From Candidatus Woesebacteria bacterium RIFCSPHIGHO2_01_FULL_39_32 (GTDB lineage: Bacteria; Patescibacteriota; Microgenomatia; UBA8517): 55,872 bases of DNA. Of this stretch, positions 49,881 to 55,872 are shown piece after piece (position 1 is the stretch's first letter; each line of letters opens with the position of its first letter). The stretch is taken from positions 358,688 to 414,559 of the forward strand of contig MGGJ01000001.1 of assembly GCA_001792345.1 (NCBI GenBank). Reading direction: 5' to 3'. The notes under the pieces were generated by a model. That model was not told where the DNA came from and searched no databases. It saw only the letters and a program-made list of their open reading frames with translations. The position numbers and the translations under genes are program-made.

Positions 49881-49937
49881 AAACTAATTATATCAGTTCG
49901 GAAGAGCAAGTTGTCGAAGTACTCACTTAATCAAGTC
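49881..49937 (-). promoter_or_regulatory. Promoter/junction module A (TGATATAAT -10, 6 nt, ATG of GNAT gene)
   Basis: The minus strand reads TGACTTGATTAAGTGAGTACTTCGACAACTTGCTCTTCCGAACTGATATAATTAGTTT-ATG. Confidence 0.55.
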
Positions 49938-49977
49938 AAAACTTAAATTACAGTTTTATTTTCTATAGCAGGGAAGA

Positions 49978-50607
49978 TCATCTTGCCACATCTACTATTT
50001 CCACCCAATTGTCTTTAACATGCACATATTGATTATCTGTAAGTAAAAGTAGGGGAACCTGATCAGTTTTGTATGCTATTTTCAACCTTTTATTAAGATA
50101 CTTATCTCTAAAATCTTTTGAGCCCCAATGTGGTACGACAGTAAAATTGACAAAACCATACCCGCTTCTGTTTTCAAGGGCAAGAGTATCCTTTTTTTCC
50201 AACAAATAATCCGGACATTTTGCACCTGCAATAATTGATCCTGCGCTAGTTCCAATATATATTTTTCCTTTTTTAACAATTAAATTTTTTATTACTTCAA
50301 CAAAACCCGTTTTTTGAGATTGTTGCAAAAGATAAAATGTATTTCCGCCGGAAAGGTATATGTATTCAAAATCCTCTAAGTATTTTTCAAGTTGTTTTTT
50401 GGTCTTACCTGTTATTGTATAATCCGAAACATCAAATCCCGCCTCAACCAAAGCTTTTCGATCATTTTTAAGCCAGGTTTTATCGCCTTCTTCAACCTCT
50501 GCCGGAGTATCGATAAAAACAAGCTTATTACCTTTTGAAAAATCAACGCGTTTGGCAATATCATAAGCAACAGCATGCACACTTGAAGTCAAGAAAAGTT
50601 TTTTCAT
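49978..50607 (-). CDS. Peptidase E / S51 family (type-1 glutamine amidotransferase-like)
   Basis: YLSGGNTFYLL and IYIGTSAGSII (nucleophile Ser) motifs. Confidence 0.75.
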   Translation of the reverse strand: MKKLFLTSSVHAVAYDIAKRVDFSKGNKLVFIDTPAEVEEGDKTWLKNDRKALVEAGFDVSDYTITGKTKKQLEKYLEDFEYIYLSGGNTFYLLQQSQKTGFVEVIKNLIVKKGKIYIGTSAGSIIAGAKCPDYLLEKKDTLALENRSGYGFVNFTVVPHWGSKDFRDKYLNKRLKIAYKTDQVPLLLLTDNQYVHVKDNWVEIVDVAR

Positions 50608-50665
50608 ATTTCAATTATATCAAGTTCGATAGAGAAAGTTCACGAAGCGCTCACCTAGTCAAGTT
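50608..50665 (-). promoter_or_regulatory. Promoter/junction module B (TGATATAAT -10, 6 nt, ATG of peptidase E gene)
   Basis: The minus strand reads AACTTGACTAGGTGAGCGCTTCGTGAACTTTCTCTATCGAACTTGATATAATTGAAAT-ATG. Confidence 0.55.
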
Positions 50666-50760
50666 AATCCTTGGTAAAAGTTTTTTGTAGTTTTTAACCT
50701 TTTCTGCCTTGCTCATTATTGCATATCGTGGGGAGGTTGTTGACGTAGACCTTCTCAAAC

Positions 50761-50895
50761 TTATTCTGTGGATTCAGGTAATTCAGGAGTAGGAATCGCA
50801 AGTCTATTTACCAAACTATTATATTGCTCCTTTGTTGCTTCAATTTGATCTTCAGATGCACTACCTCTGTCTTTAACTTCTTGTGAAATTCCCAT
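50761..50895 (-). CDS. Possible small acidic protein (44 aa, below the ORF-track cutoff)
   Basis: Hand translation gives MGISQEVKDRGSASEDQIEATKEQYNSLVNRLAIPTPELPESTE. It is preceded by a TGGTATAAT extended -10 lying 7 nt before the ATG. Confidence 0.25.
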   Translation of the reverse strand: MGISQEVKDRGSASEDQIEATKEQYNSLVNRLAIPTPELPESTE

Positions 50896-51046
50896 ATCTT
50901 GTATTATACCAAATTGTAATTCTGTCGAAGTAAAAACTTATTGGGCATTATTCTAATAAGTTATGAGTAGTTTTCGACGGCTTTTTTGATCACACGATTG
51001 TATATTTTTCAAATTCTTCGACAACATGATATGATAATATCAATTA

Positions 51047-51274
51047 ATGAAAAATAGTCTTCTACTCATCTTTATTTCAATTTTAATAGGCTTAATTATT
51101 GGTTATTTTCTCGGCCGAAGTAATACATTTAATATTAGTGATCTGAATATTGATAAAGCAAACTGTTTATATAAAGGCCAGACATACAAACATGGAGAGG
51201 GTTTTAAGGATGAATGTAACTCCTGCTCTTGTCAAAACGGACAGGTTGCTTGCACATTAATGGCATGTGAGTAA
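51047..51274 (+). CDS. Membrane-anchored Cys-rich miniprotein with VWC/chordin-like cysteine pattern
   Basis: N-terminal TM helix followed by CLYKGQTYKHGEGFKDECNSCSCQNGQVACTLMAC, which fits C-x3-G-x2-Y-x9-C-x2-C-x-C-x2-G-x3-C-x4-C. Confidence 0.55.
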   Translation: MKNSLLLIFISILIGLIIGYFLGRSNTFNISDLNIDKANCLYKGQTYKHGEGFKDECNSCSCQNGQVACTLMACE

Positions 51275-51391
51275 CCCCTTGGGTTTATTCCCCTTCCCAG
51301 TATTTCAAGAGACCGAGTCGTAAACAATTAAATCTTCATTGGATATTTTTAGCAAACATGCTCTCATTTAGTTTATTGAACAGAGAATGTT

Positions 51392-51400
51392 TGATATAAT
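51392..51400 (+). promoter_or_regulatory. Extended -10 promoter element TGATATAAT upstream of the tRNA-Leu/Leu/Val group
   Basis: Perfect TGnTATAAT, 18 nt before the tRNA-Leu 5' end. Confidence 0.5.
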
Positions 51401-51418
51401 TACAAAGATTTCAGTTAC

Positions 51419-51503
51419 GCCCTCGTGGCGGAATTGGCAGACGCGCAGCGTTCAGAACGCTGTCTCGTTTAACGAGGTAGAGGTTCAAATCCTCTCGAGG
51501 GCA
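51419..51503 (+). tRNA. tRNA-Leu (CAG), type II
   Basis: Hand fold: acceptor GCCCTCG/CGAGGGC, anticodon loop TTCAGAA, long variable arm TCTCGTTTAACGAGGT. Confidence 0.9.
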
Positions 51504-51508
51504 CCTAA

Positions 51509-51590
51509 GCGCGGGTGGTGAAACTGGTATACACGTAGTCTTGAGGAGGCTATGCCGAAAGGCGTGCAGGTTCAAGTCCTGTCCCGCGCA
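51509..51590 (+). tRNA. tRNA-Leu (GAG), type II
   Basis: Hand fold: acceptor GCGCGGG/CCCGCGC, anticodon loop TTGAGGA, variable arm TGCCGAAAGGCGT. Confidence 0.85.
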
Positions 51591-51599
51591 CATTTAGGG

Positions 51600-51673
51600 G
51601 GATCCATAGCTCAGTTGGTTAGAGCGTTCGGTTTACATCCGAAAGGTCGTAGGTTCGAGTCCTACTGGATCCA
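51600..51673 (+). tRNA. tRNA-Val (TAC)
   Basis: Hand fold: acceptor GGATCCA/TGGATCC, anticodon loop TTTACAT, T-arm GTAGG-TTCGAGT-CCTAC. Confidence 0.9.
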
Positions 51674-51680
51674 CAAGATT

Positions 51681-51689
51681 TGATATAAT
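51681..51689 (+). promoter_or_regulatory. Extended -10 promoter element TGATATAAT upstream of the tRNA-Phe/Gly pair
   Basis: Perfect TGnTATAAT, 65 nt before tRNA-Phe. A strong hairpin (51703-51737) lies in between. Confidence 0.45.
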
Positions 51690-51754
51690 TATTCCTTAAG
51701 CCGAGATAAGAACCTGCTTTGAGCAGAACCTTGTCTCACCAAAATAGTAATTTT

Positions 51755-51830
51755 GCCGAGATAGCCAAGGTGGTCACGGCGGGCGCCTGAAGAGCGTCAG
51801 ATGTGTGTTCGACTCACACTCTCGGCACCA
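51755..51830 (+). tRNA. tRNA-Phe (GAA) with encoded CCA; atypical 3-bp D stem and 11-nt D loop
   Basis: Hand fold: acceptor GCCGAGA/TCTCGGC, anticodon loop CTGAAGA, T-arm GTGTG-TTCGACT-CACAC, 3' end ACCA. Confidence 0.75.
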
Positions 51831-51831
51831 A

Positions 51832-51904
51832 GCGGGAATAGCTCAGTTGGTAGAGCGTCTCGTTGCCAACGAGAAGGTCGCGGGTTCGAATCCCGTTTCC
51901 CGCT
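51832..51904 (+). tRNA. tRNA-Gly (GCC)
   Basis: Hand fold: acceptor GCGGGAA/TTCCCGC, anticodon loop TTGCCAA, discriminator T. Confidence 0.9.
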
Positions 51905-51961
51905 CATATTCGTTATAACATTCTCAGTGGGCTAAGAGCTCACGGTTTCCTTGAAATTGCT

Positions 51962-52489
51962 ATGAAAATAAAAACGAACCTCGACTGGGAAAAAATCCAC
52001 AGATTTCAGAAAAAGGCAGGTTGGTGCGGACCGGCTGTAATCCAAATGATTCTTCTTGCGGCGGGAATACGAAAATCTCAACGCTCGATTGCACAGGCTG
52101 TTTACAAGGAGTGGTGGGGAACCGATCAGCAAATGATTGTTGCATATCTCAGCAAATTCTTTAATCACATAAGTTATAAATCAAATGCGTCTATAACGGA
52201 TATCAAACGAAGGCTGAAAAAGGATTATGTGGTTTTGGTGGATTGGTGGGACGATTTTGATGCAAGCGATCCGGACGGCCACTATACACTCGTGATTGGT
52301 TACGATACAGAGAAAGAATTGCTTAAGATGTCCGACCCCTCAAATGAAAGAAAAGGAATTTGGGAAATGGACAAAGACGAATTCAAAAAGCGTTGGTATG
52401 ATGCTCTCGATACCCAAGGAAGAAAATGGATAAACGGCTGGATGCTTTGGGTCGATCCCAAATCAAAAATTTCTCAAAAATCTAACTAG
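51962..52489 (+). CDS. Papain-like cysteine peptidase, C39-like (Peptidase_C39_2-type)
   Basis: KAGWCGPAVIQMIL (nucleophile Cys) and DGHYTLVIGYD (His). ATG at 51962. The tracked ORF start at 51863 lies inside tRNA-Gly. Confidence 0.65.
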   Translation: MKIKTNLDWEKIHRFQKKAGWCGPAVIQMILLAAGIRKSQRSIAQAVYKEWWGTDQQMIVAYLSKFFNHISYKSNASITDIKRRLKKDYVVLVDWWDDFDASDPDGHYTLVIGYDTEKELLKMSDPSNERKGIWEMDKDEFKKRWYDALDTQGRKWINGWMLWVDPKSKISQKSN

Positions 52490-53540
52490 GAAGCGGTAGT
52501 CTTTCCTTACCTTCTGCATCTCTCATTGTGTTAAGAAGCAATCTTTTTAATATTTCATAAAAAGAAATTCCATATAAATCGAGGATTGTAGAAATCGCGA
52601 CGTCAAGTTCCTTGGGACCAAAAGCCGGGTTACAATTGGCATCGATAAAAAAGTATCTTCCTGATTGGTCCAGTCGAACATCAAATTTTCCATAGTCGTA
52701 CATTCTACTAACATCAAATGCTTTTTTAACGTATTCCCGAAGAAGTGGATCTTCATATTTTGCGTAATGGTACGCGGAATCATCCTTACTTAACCACTGG
52801 TCTTCAAAAGTTGCAAAAATATACTTTTCCTCAGGTTTTGTAAATACCTTTTCAGCTAGGTATACCTTTTTATTCAAACCTTCTAAAAGTATCCCGGTAA
52901 CTTCTCTTCCGACAATAAATTCTTCGACTAAGACAGGTTGTTTATACGTTTGTATCAAAAATTTAAGTCTCTCCCTCAAATGCTTTTCATCATCCGATAC
53001 GGCGTCCTTCGTAATTTCAACACCTCCGTGAATTTCATTCAATTTTGAGATGAGAGGAAAACGTAAAGTAGGATCAAGATAGTCTGTAGAAGCGTTGAAA
53101 AGTTGATAATCGGGAATAGGTACACCGTTTTGTTGCAAAAGTTTTTTTATCAAAAATTTATTGGTATCAAGCGACATTCCCAAAATATCCGCTCCTGTGT
53201 AAGGAATCTCTAAAAGTTCTAAAAGCGCAGGAATAGTGGAAGCTAAACTTTCATAACCTTTTACCGAATCTACTAAATTAATTACCAGTTCTGGTCTGTC
53301 TTTTTTCAGTTTTTCAGGTAGGAGTGCATTTCCAGGATAGAGATTTACTTTTGTTCCAAGATTCTCCAAATATTTCGCGATCAGCTTTGCGTCTTCATCC
53401 GCATTTTTCTCGGTAATATATTGCTCTTCTGTCGGAAAGTATTCTCTTTTAACGTCGCTAAAAAGTATTCCAACTTTTTTAGGAAGATCAAAACCGTTTT
53501 TCAGTAAGGGTGTAGTTAAATTGCCGGCAGGTTCAACCAT
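52482..53540 (-). CDS. ATP-grasp ligase, D-alanine--D-alanine ligase family-like
   Basis: PVLVEEFIVGREVTGILLEG and FDVRLDQSGRYFFIDANCNPAFGP (compare Ddl E..G.E and R.D....G....E.N..PG). Overlaps the convergent gene by 8 nt. Confidence 0.7.
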   Translation of the reverse strand: MVEPAGNLTTPLLKNGFDLPKKVGILFSDVKREYFPTEEQYITEKNADEDAKLIAKYLENLGTKVNLYPGNALLPEKLKKDRPELVINLVDSVKGYESLASTIPALLELLEIPYTGADILGMSLDTNKFLIKKLLQQNGVPIPDYQLFNASTDYLDPTLRFPLISKLNEIHGGVEITKDAVSDDEKHLRERLKFLIQTYKQPVLVEEFIVGREVTGILLEGLNKKVYLAEKVFTKPEEKYIFATFEDQWLSKDDSAYHYAKYEDPLLREYVKKAFDVSRMYDYGKFDVRLDQSGRYFFIDANCNPAFGPKELDVAISTILDLYGISFYEILKRLLLNTMRDAEGKERLPLPS

Positions 53541-53621
53541 ACAAATAAAAAGATACTCTTTTCAAAATTATTATTCAATAATTAGAAAGAAAGTCAACAA
53601 TAAATTGAAGATAAGCTTTTG

Positions 53622-53694
53622 TGACCCAGGGTGGAGTCGAACCACCAACCTCTTCCTTAGAAGGGAATTGCTCTATCCATTGAGCTACTGGGCC
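53622..53694 (-). tRNA. tRNA-Arg (TCT)
   Basis: Hand fold: acceptor GGCCCAG/CTGGGTC, anticodon loop CTTCTAA, T-arm GGTGG-TTCGACT-CCACC. Confidence 0.9.
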
Positions 53695-53767
53695 TTAACT
53701 TCAATATATTCTATCAAAAATGCTTTAGATTTTCATTTCAACTTTCCTCAACTGGTACAATAGTGGC

Positions 53768-55024
53768 ATGAGAAGAATATTTGTATTACTTGTAATATCT
53801 GTTGCTTTTTTCTTTGGTGGAGTTCCAACGGCAAAAGCAATTGTTGATCCTCTTACACCGGACAACAATCCTTTCGGAATTCATATATTGGATGAAAGTG
53901 ATTTGGAGGATGCGGCAAAACTGGTAAATTCATCGGGCGGGAACTGGGGATATGTAACACTAGTCATAAGGGCTGATGAGCGCGATTCTAAGCGCTGGCA
54001 GAGTGCTTTCAATAAAATGAGGGAACTTCACCTCATCCCGATTGTTAGAATTGCAACAAAAATGTCTGAAGATAGTTGGGAAAAGCCAAACCTGGATGAA
54101 CTAGACGGTTGGGTTTCATTTCTCTCTGAACTTAACTGGGTTACTCAAAATCGCTATATTATCATTGGTAATGAACCCAATCATGCCAAAGAATGGGGAG
54201 GAGAAGTGAAACCTGATGAATATGCAAAGTATCTTGAGACCTTTTCCAAAAAATTAAAGGAGGGTTCCAAAGACTTTTTTATTCTCTCCGCAGGCTTTGA
54301 TGCATCCGCACCAAACGGCAAAGAAACGATGAGCGAGAACGATTTTTTGACAAAGATGATTTCCAATAATCCTAATGTTTTTGAAAACGTTGACGGCTGG
54401 TCATCGCACTCTTATCCGAATCCAAATTTTTCGGGATCCCAAGATGATGAAGGCAGAGGAACTGTAAAAACTTTTGAATGGGAATTACGGGTCCTAAAGA
54501 ATTTGGGCGTCACAAAAACTTTACCCGTTTTTATAACAGAAACTGGTTGGATACACGATAAAGGCGGTGAAAAAAGTGGTCCGAAAGAGGTAGGAGAAGT
54601 CGCAACTCGTCTCAAGGCATCCTACGAACTGGCATGGAATGATGAAAGAATTGTTGCAATTACACCCTTTGTACTAAACTACCAAGATCCTCCATTTGAT
54701 ATTTTTTCCTGGAAGAGGCAAGATGGAAATTTTTATCAGTTTTATTACGAGGTCAAAGATCTTCCGAAGTCAGAGGGAAAGCCGAAACAAATTGTTGCCG
54801 TTGACGTTCTCACATTACTTTTCCCCCCCTTAATACCCAATAGTGGCTGGATGACGGGGATCATTGCTTTAAAAAATACGGGGCAGTCTATTTGGGAAGG
54901 AACAGAAAAAATATATGCTTCATACCACGGTTTTGAGATTATCATAGAACCGAGGGTCCTTTTTTCTGATATCAAGCCAGGAGAACGAACACTTGCAGTA
55001 ATCAAAATTAAACTATTTAAGTGA
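53768..55024 (+). CDS. Secreted clan GH-A (TIM-barrel, GH5/GH39-like) glycoside hydrolase
   Basis: Signal peptide, then IIIGNEPNH (acid/base Glu in an NEP motif) and VFITETGW (nucleophile Glu). Confidence 0.65.
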   Translation: MRRIFVLLVISVAFFFGGVPTAKAIVDPLTPDNNPFGIHILDESDLEDAAKLVNSSGGNWGYVTLVIRADERDSKRWQSAFNKMRELHLIPIVRIATKMSEDSWEKPNLDELDGWVSFLSELNWVTQNRYIIIGNEPNHAKEWGGEVKPDEYAKYLETFSKKLKEGSKDFFILSAGFDASAPNGKETMSENDFLTKMISNNPNVFENVDGWSSHSYPNPNFSGSQDDEGRGTVKTFEWELRVLKNLGVTKTLPVFITETGWIHDKGGEKSGPKEVGEVATRLKASYELAWNDERIVAITPFVLNYQDPPFDIFSWKRQDGNFYQFYYEVKDLPKSEGKPKQIVAVDVLTLLFPPLIPNSGWMTGIIALKNTGQSIWEGTEKIYASYHGFEIIIEPRVLFSDIKPGERTLAVIKIKLFK

Positions 55025-55182
55025 GAATTTTGTGAACTTTTTTTAAAAATATTCGAAAGACGGTTTGACTACATTTACGCAACACAAATCTTGAAAAGGA
55101 AAAACAATAGCAATATTTTGAACACATCGTGATTCAAAAAGCTTTATAATATAGACAGAAATATTAAATTCTGAATTTAATT

Positions 55183-55529
55183 ATGGCCAATTTAAAAACT
55201 TATCGAAGATATTATCTGGATCAGTTTTACTTTGGGTACTTTGTAATTTTGCTAATTCTTTTTTGTCCGCAGCACTAGAAGGACTTTATTTCTCGCAGCG
55301 GGTAGTAATCGACAATAGTTCTCCAGATATTTGGTATGGAGAAACTTTCTCAGCGGCAACATTGTTGCTGTTGATAACCGCACCATTTTTGGGTGCTTGA
55401 GCTGATGCTCATGGAAGAAATATGCCATTCCTCAAATGGTCAGCATTAGTCATGGTCATTTTTGAATATTACTAGGAACTGTTTCTAACTCTTTTCTTCC
55501 AGCCGCCATATTATTTGTGCTCTTGATAA
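55183..55529 (+). pseudogene. Remnant of an MFS transporter gene (UMF1/Atg22-like N-terminus) with frameshift and in-frame TGA/TAG
   Basis: Frame 3 reads ..LLWVLCNFANSFLSAALEGLYFSQ..ITAPFLGA*ADAHGRNMPFLKWSALVMVIFEYY*.. The ATG at 55183 is in a different frame. The TGA is at 55398-55400. Only about 115 codons remain. Confidence 0.55.
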
Positions 55530-55568
55530 ACTGTGCTATACTGCAAATGTATAGAGGAGGTGATGATA

Positions 55569-55872
55569 ATGAAAAAGTTGACGTTTGTATTCCTTTTCGC
55601 ATTGTTGGGCATACTTTTAACCCCTGAAAAAGCTTCTGCAGTAACTTATCAAAAACAAGCATGCTATACTTATAAAGAGGGTGGGGTTAAGCAATGGAAA
55701 CATTGCCAAACAGCCAAATATAATTGGGATACATCAACGCATAAAGTGAAATGTGTTTCAGGTTTTCCAGTTGGTACTTTTACCCGTTATACCGGTTCGT
55801 GGCAGGCATATCTTTTCTCAAAGGGTTGTCAGTATAGTACCTGGTCAACTACTGGAAAAACTTGGCATACTT
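55569..55872 (+). CDS. Secreted Cys-containing protein, N-terminal fragment (runs off window end; absent from ORF track)
   Basis: AGGAGG at 55555-55560 lies 8 nt before the ATG. Hand translation gives MKKLTFVFLFALLGILLTPEKASAVTYQKQACYTYKEGGVKQWKHCQ..., open to nt 55872. Confidence 0.6.
   Translation, partial: MKKLTFVFLFALLGILLTPEKASAVTYQKQACYTYKEGGVKQWKHCQTAKYNWDTSTHKVKCVSGFPVGTFTRYTGSWQAYLFSKGCQYSTWSTTGKTWHT

Noticed and set aside
49405-50665. Whether the repeated junction modules are integron attC sites and the genes integron cassettes.
   Set aside because: No integron integrase gene is present. The modules lack the paired R''/L''-L'/R' inverted-core structure (RYYYAAC...GTTRRRY). They contain a functional-looking promoter, which attC sites normally do not. 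I kept them as an unclassified repeat family in the findings.
55398-55400. An in-frame TGA at a conserved position of the MFS-like sequence, which could hint at a recoded genetic code (code 4 or 25, as in some CPR lineages).
   Set aside because: TGA terminates well-conserved genes at their expected lengths, for example the PCD gene at 1276-1278 and the GNAT gene at 49449-49451. The same remnant also carries a TAG stop and a frameshift and is truncated. A pseudogene is the simpler explanation.

Overview
This 55.9-kb window is low in GC and densely packed with genes. It appears to come from a small-genome bacterium. The gene content suggests Candidate Phyla Radiation / Patescibacteria, but that is an inference. 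Supporting observations are several archaeal-flavoured genes (Sec11/SipW-type signal peptidases, a DRG GTPase, a bifunctional PGI/PMI, a COG4900-like metallopeptidase), a DUF5652-like protein and a T4SS-pilin-like small membrane protein. The standard code applies, since TGA, TAA and TAG all end conserved genes.

The window has three parts.

(i) Positions 1-13.4 kb form an accessory surface/secretome island. It holds four TasA/camelysin-superfamily proteins. Two are large paralogs with SipW-class signal peptides, one is fused to RTX Ca-binding repeats, and one carries an LPXTG-like sorting signal. It also holds two ER/archaeal-type signal peptidases, one of which is fused to its own predicted substrate (an internal SipW-type signal plus a lamin-tail domain). 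Other members are a metzincin-like protease, a secreted lectin-like protein, a very AT-rich beta-helix-repeat/channel-like protein and a TolB-like propeller protein. I consider this the best candidate for an undescribed system: a TasA-like fibre or pilus assembly locus.

(ii) Positions 13.4-42.9 kb are core housekeeping. Genes include a PIG-L deacetylase, YjbQ, SOD, TatD, RuvC, PMM/PGM, IMPase, PGI/PMI, ppsA, eno and gpmI. A lexA-uvrB-uvrA-uvrC neighbourhood has a palindromic operator candidate. secG, an orphan substrate-binding protein and several membrane proteins follow.

(iii) Positions 42.9-55.9 kb are a tRNA-rich mosaic. Eleven tRNAs sit in four groups, interleaved with small accessory genes: two GNATs, peptidase E, a C39-like peptidase, an ATP-grasp ligase, a VWC-like Cys-rich miniprotein, a 426-aa orphan and a DRG GTPase. 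A second RAYT/IS200-like gene is flanked by REP-like palindromes. This part also contains repeated promoter/junction modules that drive near-leaderless genes, a decayed tRNA-Arg 3'-half duplication, an MFS pseudogene remnant and a truncated secreted-protein gene at the window edge.

I saw no rRNA, no CRISPR array and no integrase. All function calls come from motif recognition by eye, and no searches were run.
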